DNA of 64,000 nucleotides from Macrostomum hystrix (lineage: Eukaryota > Animalia > Platyhelminthes), in the NCBI GenBank assembly GCA_950097015.1, contig CATNEN010000039.1, positions 12,276,001-12,340,000 on the forward strand, read 5' to 3'. A model generated the notes under the pieces. It made no database searches and was not told the DNA's origin. It saw only the letters and a program-made list of their open reading frames with translations. Positions 12,972 to 24,300 of this stretch are shown one piece after another. A program made the translations under genes and the position numbers. How positions within the stretch are numbered: position 1 is the stretch's first letter; every line of letters starts with the position of its first letter.

Positions 12972-14762
12972 ATGGACCTACTATACTCAAGACAATACCT
13001 GCTGTTCTCTGAAGCTCTGCAGCAGAATCCTGAGCTGCTTCGGCACAGGGATTGTCGGTTCTGCGACAGCCTCCATAACGACAACTCGGAAGAGCAGCTA
13101 CTGATGTCGCCGTTCTCTCTCGTCCTGCTTGCCAGAGACAACGAACTGGCTAGCAGAGCCATCGAGCTGGTCGACAGTCGCGGTCTGTGGGACAGCGCTC
13201 GCTGCGCTCTGTTCCTGATTGTGGACTTCTGCTGCTCCAAGCAGGCCTGCTCCACTGACGAGCCGCAACTGGCTCGCTTCTTCCTGAGACTGTCACGCCG
13301 TCACCAGGACTCTTGCGTTCGACTGCTGAGCGAGGAGCTTACGGAGGAGTGTCTGACACCACTGGAGTACGCGGCCTGCAGAGAATGTTTTCACCTGGCA
13401 GCTGCGTTCGCCAACGCGCCTGGATACCTGATGACGGAGCGCCAGCACCCGGGTAATCCTAGTCTGCTGGTTGAGGAGGTCGACCTCACCCGCTACTCCG
13501 ACGATGGAGGCGACCGTTTTTTAAAATCTCCATTCCTGCATTTCATCAGGTCTTCGCAGGATGTCATTGGTACAGTCATTCCTCCGGGTTTCATTTGTTT
13601 CTTTAATAGCCCGGTTACTCAGGCCTTCCTTGTCAGTGTTGCCCACCTGAAGCAGAATCGGAAGGTGTCATTTTGCAGCCTGCTGGTGTACTTACTGATC
13701 TACCTGGCGCTGCTTTTCACAATGACAACTCGCATTTTCACTCGAGGTACCTTCGACCCTGGCGTACAGGTGCACCTACCGGGTCCAGGAAATTCTAATA
13801 TTTCTTATTTCAGCATGGTTCCATCGTCTTTTGTAACCTCCATCAGGTACGTATTTTATGTGCGACTGGCCTTGCAAGCCAGCGCCATGGTAATGTGGTT
13901 GTTCTGGATCGCCGCGAGGCTGGCAGACGTCCGCTATCGACTGCGGTTGGTCAGGAAGCGGCACTCCATGTTGAATTGGCTGTACGACGCGATATCAATG
14001 CGAGGCTGTCAGGTGATGGAGTTGGCCGGAGTTCTGTTTAACTGTCTGCACTTAGTCATGCTTTTTATGGAGCTGTACATTTTTAACTACCCAAGAAGCT
14101 ACTTTGAGCAGAACGGTTTAATCTACGTAGAAATGGTTCCTCTGCAGATTGCCATTGTGATGAACTACTTCTACACCTTCATGCTGGAGCTGTTCTTTAT
14201 CGCCAGCATGGCAATGCACCATCGGGTGTTTCTCAACGTTCTGCTCTGCATGAACGCAGCTATGAAGCTGGTATTCCTCATCACAATGCCCTTGGCTCTG
14301 GTCTGCTCAACGATGTTACTCAGCCAGCCGTTCATCGATTGCTCGGAATATTCTTTCGCTTGCGTCATGGAGTACTTGGGCCGCTCGTTTCGCTACGTAT
14401 TTAGTTTGTCAAGCTTCCCCGGCATCAGCGATAGCGTTTCTGTGTGGCCACAGATTGTTATCTACTTGTTTGTTGCCATTTTCATCTTAAACTTTGGCGT
14501 CGCTGTTCTGACCCAGCAGATCAGCCTGCTGGAGGAAAACAGTGAGTTTCGAAAGATCATCTTGGGAGCGGCCTGGTCGCACCAGTACGTCACGCTGCGC
14601 TATCTGCTAAATTGTCGCTTAAAAACCGTCCGCCAACAGCCCTTAGTTTTGCAACGAGCTTTGTCCAGACTCAAAGTTGAATGTGGCGAGGGCTGCTGTG
14701 TACAAAACTGTCTTCAACACACCTTCGAGAAAATTTACTCGGGCGAGATCGCTTCAGTGTGA
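12972..14762 (+). CDS. Divergent TRPV-like cation channel (ankyrin remnant + 6TM), single exon, 596 aa
   Basis: LTPLEYAA (last ankyrin repeat), VDLTRY, and SPV...FCSLLVYLLIYLALLFTM resembling TRPV5/6 pre-S1/S1. Several hydrophobic helices; S6-like AIFILNFGVAVL. Recognised by eye only. Confidence 0.7.
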   Translation: MDLLYSRQYLLFSEALQQNPELLRHRDCRFCDSLHNDNSEEQLLMSPFSLVLLARDNELASRAIELVDSRGLWDSARCALFLIVDFCCSKQACSTDEPQLARFFLRLSRRHQDSCVRLLSEELTEECLTPLEYAACRECFHLAAAFANAPGYLMTERQHPGNPSLLVEEVDLTRYSDDGGDRFLKSPFLHFIRSSQDVIGTVIPPGFICFFNSPVTQAFLVSVAHLKQNRKVSFCSLLVYLLIYLALLFTMTTRIFTRGTFDPGVQVHLPGPGNSNISYFSMVPSSFVTSIRYVFYVRLALQASAMVMWLFWIAARLADVRYRLRLVRKRHSMLNWLYDAISMRGCQVMELAGVLFNCLHLVMLFMELYIFNYPRSYFEQNGLIYVEMVPLQIAIVMNYFYTFMLELFFIASMAMHHRVFLNVLLCMNAAMKLVFLITMPLALVCSTMLLSQPFIDCSEYSFACVMEYLGRSFRYVFSLSSFPGISDSVSVWPQIVIYLFVAIFILNFGVAVLTQQISLLEENSEFRKIILGAAWSHQYVTLRYLLNCRLKTVRQQPLVLQRALSRLKVECGEGCCVQNCLQHTFEKIYSGEIASV

Positions 14763-15303
14763 AATGTTTAACTGTTCAACTTCTTAGCCTGCCTTCATTT
14801 CTCTATTCGTTCCCTCACTTCTGATTGGTTCACTCTTCCTCTCTCTTTCCTCACCCCCAACTTTGCATCTCTTACCCTCTGGCCCGTCCAGACTGTCGCC
14901 AATGATTGGCCCATAGACAAAAACCACTTTAAATGGCTATTAGTGTTATATTTTTGATAAAATTAGTTAGTCTTTTTCTAAATGCGAGAAAAGAACGAAG
15001 TACTTTTACCGAGTCTTCATATGTTCTGCGAGTCGTTCTTACATTACTTATCTCGGCTTCTACTCGGTATTTCCGTATAATTTCACTGTACATCGCGACA
15101 AAAAACCCGAAAATAGTACACACGGAAGTTTTTAATAAAACAGCTTTTGATAAAGTTACTTTACAATAAAATGTAGGGAATTATAGAAGGCAAGATAATT
15201 ACACACTGAGGTTTGATAGGTTTTTGTCACTGTCAGGTTTATAAATTTAGTTCACATTTGACGCCTAAATATTTAAAGGTTACAACATCGGTAGTAAAAA
15301 AAT

Positions 15304-18300
15304 TCAAAATATGTAAATCGGCAGGTAAGAAGCCAGTACAGCAGCCAGTCCACACGAGAGCACACTCAGAAACAGACTCGAACTATGACGCGACGCCACT
15401 CTAGGCAAGAAAGCGGTTACAACAGGCCTTGGACTTTCCGTGGTCCGTGTATTCGTAGACGTCATTTCGACTGCTGCTGTAGTTGGAGCCGTTGTCTGAA
15501 TAGTTGTAAGTACAGCTGTTGTTGGCACAGTTGTTGTTGGTACAGTTGTTGGTACGGTTGTTGTTGGTACAGTTGTTGTTGGCACAGTTGTTGTTGGTAC
15601 AGTTGTTGGTACGGTTGTTGTTGGTACAGTTGTTGTTGGCACAGTTGTTGTTGGAACAGTTGTAGTTACGGTTGTTGTTGGTACAGTTGTTGTTGGCACA
15701 GTTGTTGTTGGTACAGTTGTTGGTACAGTTGTTGTTGGTACAGTTGTTGGTACAGTTGTTGTTGGTACAGTTGTTCGTACAGTTGTTGTTGGTATAGTTG
15801 TTGGTACAGTTGTTGTTGGTACAGTTGTTGTTGGTACAGTTGTTGGTACAGTTGTTGGTACAGTTGTTGTTGGTACAGTTGTTGTTGGTACAGTTGTTGG
15901 TACAGTTGTTAATACAGTTGTTGGTACAGTTGTTGTTGGTACAGTTGTTGGTACAGTTGTTGGTACAGTTGTTGGTACAGTTGTTGTTGGTACAGTTGTT
16001 GTTGGTACAGTTGTTGTTGGTACGGTTGTTGGTACAGTTGTTGTTGGTATAGTTGTTGGTACAGCTGTTGTTGGTACAGTTGTTGTTGGTACAGTTGTTG
16101 TTGGTACAGTTGTTGTTGGTACGGTTGTTGGTACAGTTGTTGTTGGTATAGTTGTTGGTACAGCTGTTGTTGGTACAGTTGTTGTTAGTACAGTTGTTGT
16201 TGGTACAGTTGTTGTTGGTACGGTTGTTGGTACAGTTGTTGTTGGTATAGTTGTTGGTACAGCTGTTGTTGGTACAGTTGTTGTTGGTACAGTTGTTGTT
16301 GGTACAGTTGTTGTTGGTACGGTTGTTGGTACAGTTGTTGTTGGTATAGTTGTTGGTACAGCTGTTGTTGGTACAGTTGTTGTTAGTACAGTTGTTGTTG
16401 GTACAGTTGTTGGTACAGTTGTTGGTACAGCTGTTGTTGGTACAGTTGTTGTTGGTACAGTTGTTGTTGGTACAGTTGTTGTTGGTACAGCTGTTGTTGG
16501 TACAGTTGTTGTTGGTACAGTTGTTGTTGGTACAGTTGTTGTTGGTACAGTTGTTGTTGGTACAGTTGTTGTTGGTACAGTTGTTGTTGGTACAGCTGTT
16601 GTTGGTACAGTTGTTGTTGGTACAGTTGTTGTTGGTACAGTTGTTGTTGGTACAGTTGTTGTTGGTACAGTTGTTGTTGGTACAGTTGTTGTTGGTACAG
16701 TTGTTGGTACAGTTGTTGGTACAGATGTGGTCGCAGGTATTGTTGAAGTTGGTGAACTTGTCGAAGTGGCTAGGCCTGCAAGTAAAAGAAAATTCATGAC
16801 GCGAATGAAGCAAATGAAAACTGTTTAAGGAAACCGACTTTCTCAGTGTGCAAAAATGAGAAACCTACCAGGTGGGTGGTTAGTAAGCGAGCCGCCAGTT
16901 CCCGGAAGCAGACAGTTTGGCGGTGCGAAGCCGGGGTTGCAGAAGCAGAGCCCGCTCTGTGTGCAGAATCCGTTTCCGTTGCAATTCGGGCACCGGCTGG
17001 TGTTGATGGCGATGCACTGCGAATCCACGCACATCTGCAAAGGTTCAGGGGGAGATGGGTCAGGGCGAGATGGGTCAGGGGAGATGGGTCAAGGATAGGG
17101 CAGGGGGAGATGGGTCAGGGCGAGATGGGTCAGGGGAGATGGGTCAAGGATGGGGCAGGGGGAGATGGGTCAGGGGGAGATGATTCAGGGGGAGATGGCT
17201 CAGGGCGAGATGGCTCAGGGCGAGATGGGTCAGGGGGAGATGGGTCAGGGGTAGATGGGTCAGGGGGAGATGGGTCAGGGGGAGATGGGTCAGGGGGAGA
17301 TGGGTCAGGGGGGAAATTGGTGAGGTGGAGATGGGTCATGGGTAGATGGGTCAGGGGTAGATGGGTCAGGGGGGATGGATAAGGTGGAGATGGCTCAGGG
17401 CGAGGTGGGTCAGGGGGAGATGGGTCAGGGGTAGATGGGTCAGGTGTAGATGGGTCAGGGGGAGATGGGTCAGGGGGGAAATCGGGTGATTGGTGAGGTG
17501 GAGATGGGTCAGGGGTAGATGGGTCAGGGGGGATGGATATGGTGGAGATGGTTCAGGGGGAGATGGGTCAGGGAGTCAAGCACCCACACGTCCGGCGCCG
17601 CACTCCGCGCCATTGGGCACCAGCCCGGGGTCCCGATAGCCGGAGCTTCGCAAATCCAGCTGCATGAAGGCGGCGATCACGTCTGTGAAATTGATGGTGC
17701 CCTCAAGCACCTTTGCGTCGGAGAGGGCCGCGCCTTTCCAAACTGGCATCGGTTCTCCAGCGGCCAGATTTGAAGTGCAGTATAGAACACCGCACCGCTG
17801 GTTTCTGCAGGATTAGAAGCTCGCGAGTTTAGAAGGGTGGGATCAGAAAAAATGGGCTCAGTAATCAAAGAATGGGATTATAACTCAAAGGATGTGATCA
17901 GAACTCCAAGAATAAGGTTAGAACTCAAAAGATGGGATCAGAACTCAAAGGATGGGATCAGAACTCAAAGGATGGGATCAGAAGTCGAAGGATGGGATCA
18001 AAACTCAAAGGGTGGGATCAGAAGTCGAAGAATGGGATTAAAACTCAAAGGGTGGGATCAGAAGTCGAAGGATGGGATCAGAAGTCGAAGGATGGGATCA
18101 GAAGTCGAAGGATGGGATCAAAACTCAATGGGTGGGATCAGAAGTCGAAGGATGGGATCAGAAGTCGAAGGATGGGATCAGAAGTCGAAGAATGGGATCA
18201 AAACTCAAAGGATGGGATCAGAAGAAGAAGGATGGGATCAAAACTCAAAGGGTAGGATCAGAAGTCGAAGGATGAGATCAAAACTCAAAGGGTGGGATCA

Positions 18301-21300
18301 GAACTCAAAAGATGGGATCAGAACTCAAAAGATGGGATCAGAGCATTACTCGGGACTGCAGGCCATATAATTGTACTCCAGTGGGTTGACTGTGCTAGTG
18401 TTGTAGTTGCAGTATCCAGTCTGTGATGCTTGAATGGTTGCTATGGAGACAAAGGCTGGCGAGGCGCGAAAGTCTGAAGCGTTAAACATCACGGAGCAGC
18501 GCGTGTTGCGATCTGAGCAGCGACCGTTGTAGCAGTAGGCCTGGCATTTAAGATTCGGGTGAGCAGACAGCATCAAAAGTACGATCATGGGTCATAGGAT
18601 CATGGGTCATAGGATCATGGGTCATAGGATCATGGGTCATAGGATCATGGGTCATAAGATCATGGGTCATAGGATCATGGGTCAAAGAACCATGGGTAAA
18701 AGGATCATGGGTCAGAGGATCATGGGTCAGAGGATCATGAATCAGAGGATCATGGGTCAGAGGATCATGGGTCAGAGGATCATGGGTCAGAGGATCATGA
18801 ATCAGAGGATCATGGGTCATAGGATCATGGGTCATAAAATCATGGGTCACAGGATTATGATCGAGGTCTCTCACCTGTCCACTAAGGCACTCCGAGCCGT
18901 CAATCATGTAGTCATCGAACTCCGGGCACCACTCGCTGGTCCCGTTGCAGTATTCCTCAAGATCGCAGCCGCGCTTCTTCGGCCGGCAAACAACACCCTG
19001 CGGCTTCAGGCTGCACCTGCTGACATTGCAGCACTGTCCGGAGGCACACACGGCTCCGCTGGCGAACTTGCAGGTTCTGGGATTGCAACAGCTGTTGTTG
19101 CACCACTGACCAGAAATGGGTTTGGATTATGTGAGATCAATTCTTGACCCACCATCACTCCCTGACCCACAATCTCCTGACCCACAATCTCCTGACCCAC
19201 AATCTCCTTGACCCTCAATCTCCTGACCCACAATCTCCTGACCCACAATCTCCTGACCCACAATCTCCTGACCCACAATCTCCTTGACCCTCAATCTCCT
19301 GACCCACAATCTCCTGACCCACAATCTCCTGACCCACAATCTCCTGACCCACAATCTCCTGACCCATCAATCTCCTGACCCACAATATCCTGACCCATTT
19401 ATAGTTGACCCATCAAACCTGAGGCGGGCCGCAGTCGCAGTCCTCGCCAGGTTCCACAATCCTGTTGCCGCAGGTGCTCCGGGTGGCAACTAAATTGGAT
19501 TCTGTCGGCGGATCGGACATGCAGTAGCCTAGGCCATTGTCCACGCTGAAGTCCTGGTAGCGAAATACAGAACAGTTCGAGAATCGAACTGGGTTGATGC
19601 TGCGGGTTTATTGTGTGGAAAATGATTAGATTAAAATCGAAGAACGGTCAATTAAATAATCTAATGATACTTATGACCAAGATGGGTCATGGTGTGGATG
19701 GGTCAAGAGATAAATAGCTCAAGGTTTTAAGGGTTAAGGTGGTGATGGGTCAAGGGTTTAATGGGTCAAGGTGCTACGGGTAAATATTGGGTCAAGAGAT
19801 TAATGGGTCAAGGTGTTGATTGGTCAAGGAATTAATGGGTCAATTTGTCAACGTGTCAAGGGATAAATGGGTCAAGGTGTTGATGGGTCAACGGGTTTTG
19901 TTGGGTCAAGGGTTTAATGGGTCAAGGTGTAGATGGGTGTTGTGACGTGACACAGATTTAGTTTGCTTGCTGCCTAGTTTGCTTGCTGCTTCTAAAAGGG
20001 TCTAGGGTTGAAACCCTAGATACTCGTTACAGTATTGAATGCTTAAGACAGCTAGCGAGCCAAAGAAATATATTAAGTGTTTTTTGGGAGCGGCTACGCT
20101 AATGAGTGGCATAAGCCCGCCAACGCTCAAACACTATCTTACGGCTTTCTTCGGTGCTACTAAGGACATAACAATGGCGTCGTTGTCTCGAGAGAACCTG
20201 CGAGAGCTTCCATGGACTGAGGACAAGTTTGAGGCCTGGATTGAAAGGTTTGAAGCCGTCTGTAGAAGGTCAGCTGTTAAGGACGAAAAAACCGATGGAT
20301 TTTCGCCCAAGACTGACTTCTTCATTAGCCTCATGGGGGAAGCCGCATATGGCAAGCTTCGGAACTTGGTGGCACCAGCGAAGCCTGAAGATAAGACCTT
20401 CAAGGAGCTAAAAGAGGAAATCGAGAAGCACGTCGCACCAAAGGCGAAGAAGCTAGTGGTGGCAGAGCGGTATAAGTTCAACCTAATGAGGCAGGACGAG
20501 CATGAGTCAGCTGCGGATTTCGAAAACCGGCTGCGTGCTCAGGCCGATAGATGCCAGTTCGGGAATTTTCTGAACGAAGCCCTGAGAGACCGATTCGTGG
20601 CCGGACTACGGAGCGAGTCGGTGATCAAGGAACTGCTCATCAAGGATCCACTGACGCTGGAGCTAGCGGTGGAGACCGCTGCGGCACAGGAACAAGTGAG
20701 CAAGAGCGCCCTGTCTTCAGGGGGCAAAGTAGAAAACATCAATGTGGCGAAGGGCAAGATGCGACCTCAAGGTACTCGTAGTACTCAAGGTCAAGGAAGC
20801 ACATTTGGCAAGGCCTGCAGATTCTGCATGAAGAAGCATCCGCCAAAGTCCTGCCCTGCTTTCGGAGCAAAATGTCGCAACTGTGGTAAGATGAACCACT
20901 TCGAAGCCGCCTGTAAGTTGAGAAAGTCACAGGGGCAAATGCCGCATACCGTTGCCAAAGGCAAGAACACAGCACGAGAGTGTGCAGGGATCGACATGGA
21001 GGACCAAGCAGTCGGGAAGGACAACGAGCTATTCAGTCTCTGCGATGCCAGGGACAAGTCAAGTGTCTGGCTCAACCTGAAGCTTAACGATCGCAAAGTT
21101 TCGATGATGGTGGATTCCGGAGCATCCGTGACCTGTATACCCAAGACGCTGGCTCAGCAGCTGGGAGTGGACTGGTCAAATACGGATTGTCGGCTGACTT
21201 CATACGGAGGTAAAGACCTACCGGTGTGTGGCACGGCGAAGGTTACAGTTCAAACGGAAGACGCCAAAGAGTACTCACTGCCTGTGGTAGTGATGGATCT

Positions 21301-24300
21301 GGACGCAAAGCCGGTAATTGGACGGAATTGGTTCACCAGCCTTGGGATTGAAGTTACGACGCGTTGTCAAGCTGCCGTGGAGTACAAGCGAATCCAAGTA
21401 AAGCTGGAAGTGAGAGAAAACACACGACCAGTGGTTTCGAGAGCTCGACCGCTTCCATTCTCGCTTGTGCCAGCAGTCAAGAAGAGGCTCGAGGAGCTTG
21501 AAGAGAGTAAGATCGTTGAGAGAGTGGAACGGCCGGTTTTCGCCAGTCCAATCGTCGCGGCACCAAAGGGTTCCGGAGACATCAGACTTTGCGGTGACTA
21601 TCGTCGAGTCAACCAGTTCCTACAGCTACCACCCATCGAGATGCCGACGAAAGCGGATATCCAGCGAGCTATACAAGGATGCAGTCGCTTCACGGTGCTG
21701 GATCTCAAGGATGCCTACCACAACATCGAGCTTAGCGAAGAGTCCCGGGACATCACAACCATCGCAACACCGTTTGGCTACTATCGCTATAAGGTACTGC
21801 CATATGGGTTATCGTCTGCGCCCGGGATATTTCAAAATGTCCTATGTGAACTGTTTCGGGATGTTCTGGGAGTGGTGGTGTTCATTGACGACATTCTGGT
21901 CTGCGGAAAAACACGCGAAGATTTGGCGGAGAGGACGAACATTATACTGCAAAGGCTGAAGGAGAACCAGATCACATTGAATGCCAAGAAGTGCCAGCTG
22001 GACAAGGACGAAGTCGAGTTCCTAGCCCTGAAGATCTCAAGTGATGGCTGCCGGATGAATGAAGAGAAAGTGACAGCAGTGCACGACATGCCCGACCCGA
22101 GAAACCTGGAAGAATTGCGAACATTTCTGGGGCTTATCAATTTCTATGCACCGTTCATCCCGCAAGTAGCCATGAAGACAGCTGTCCTATATGATCTGCT
22201 AAAGAAGGACGCGGATTGGAATTGGAGGCCGGAGCACAGGAGTGCAGTGGTGCAGCTGAAGCAGGACATCACGTCAAGGCATGTCCTGGCACCCTACGAT
22301 CCAAACGAGGAGCTGATCCTGACTACGGATGCTTCACCCTATGGCGTGGGAGGAGTCCTGGAACAGAACGGAAAGCCAGTGGCGTTTGTGTCCAAGAAAC
22401 TCACACCGGCGGAGTCGCGATACAGCCAGCTAGAACGGGAAGCCCTCGGAGTGGTCTGGTGCGTCAAGAAGCTAAATCGATTCCTAGCGTATCGGAGTTT
22501 TGTAATTGTGACCGATCACAAGCCGCTAGAATTCTTATTCGCATCACACAAAGACCTGCCCGAGAGAGCAAGTAAGAGAGTTCAGCGCTGGGCGGAGCTG
22601 CTGGCTACGTACCAGTATAAAGTCAGAGGCAAACGAACGCACGAAATTCCGCATGCCGACGCGTTGTCGAGACTACCAACAGACGGCAATAACTGGAGCG
22701 ACAAAACGGCGACTGAAGCGGTTAATGAAGTGGCGGCGGTGGACATCGCCTTGTCAGAAGATGGACCCGTCACGAAGGAGCAGATGGAGCAGGCGTCTAA
22801 GGAGGACAAGGAGATCCTAGACGTTCTACAGAAGTTGCGATCTGGTGAAGACGTGCCGGACTCATACAGAAGAGTACAGAGCAGGCTGAATTGCAGCGAC
22901 CATCTACTGTTATTGGACCATCGGATCGTCATCCCGGTGAAGTTCCGAGCACGAGTCATCCAATTTCTCCACTGCTCCCATCCCGGAATGCAAGCCATGA
23001 AGGCGTGGGCCCGCCAGTATGTCTGGTGGCCGCTAATGGAGACGGAGATAGAAAAGTGCGTGTCGGAATGCCACACGTGCCAGCGCTTGAGACCGTCCCA
23101 GAAATCGGTGCTCAAACCGTGGCCAGTACCAAAGGAGGCGTGGGGCCGAGTGCATGCTGACCTGGGACAACTGGAGGGAAGCAACTTCCTGGTGGTTTCG
23201 GACGCCAAGACGGGATTCATCGCTGCCGAATGGGTGCGCGAAGTTGATGCAACGTCGGTCATTAGAGTACTCCGAAGAGCATTTTGCAACTTTGGCATCC
23301 CAGAGGTACTCGTCACTGACAACGGACGACAGTTTGTGGCTCATGAGACGGAGGCCTGGCTGAAGAGAATGGGAGTGTTACACCTGAAGTCGCCCCGCTA
23401 CCACCCCGCATCAAATGGCGTAGCAGAGGCTGCCGTGAAAAAGCTGAAGACCAAGCTGAAGCAGCTGAATGACCCAGATCCGGAGGTTCGGATGCAACAG
23501 GCATTGTACGCGGTGCGCGTCTGTCCAAGAGTAAACGGAGTCGCGCCATGCCGAGAAATGTTTGGGCGCGAGTTCAACACGCGACTCTCACTGCTGCACC
23601 GTCGGTCCTTCCAAGACAAGCGTATTGACCAAGCCTACAGCCCAGTCTGGGTCCAGGATCCGTTTAATAAGGAGTGGAGGGAAGGAGTACTGCGCGAAGC
23701 TGTCGGCGAACAGTTGAGACGAGTGCGGGACGAGCAAGGACGAGATCTGGTCGTGCACCGTGACCATGTCAGGGACAGAGCCGAGGCAACGAATGAGCCA
23801 GAGAGAGAACCTCCAAGTGCTGAGGATCAGCCGATGGCGGATCGCAGATACCCCCAGCGAATGCGAAGACCGCCGGAGAGGTATCAGGCTCAAGATTGAA
23901 AGGAAGAGGGATGTTGTGACGTGACACAGATTTAGTTTGCTTGCTGCCTAGTTTGCTTGCTGCTTCTAAAAGGGTCTAGGGTTGAAACCCTAGATACTCG
24001 TTACAGTATTGAATGCTTAAGACAGCTAGCGAGCCAAAGAAATATATTAAGTGTTTTTTGGGAGCGGCTACGCTAATGAGTGGCATAAGCCCGCCAACGC
24101 TCAAACACTATCTTACGGCTTTCTTCGGTGCTACTAAGGACATAACAATGGGTAAAGGTGTTGATGGGTCAAGGTGTTGATGGGTCAAGGTGTTGATGGG
24201 TCAAGGTGTTGATGGGTCAAGGTGTTGATGGTTCAAGGTGTTGATGGGTCAAGGTGTTGATGGGTCAAGGTGTTGATGGGTCAAGGTGTTGATGGGTCAA

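Noticed and set aside
15385-16813. Alternative-frame ORFs (TNNNC, VQLLL, WYSCC repeats)
   Set aside because: Shadows of the PTT repeat; only the PTT frame splices in phase with the ADAM EGF exon
20134-23893. Antisense and alternate-frame ORFs within the Gypsy element and within ARMC5
   Set aside because: No recognisable motifs; expected shadows of long GC-rich coding sequence
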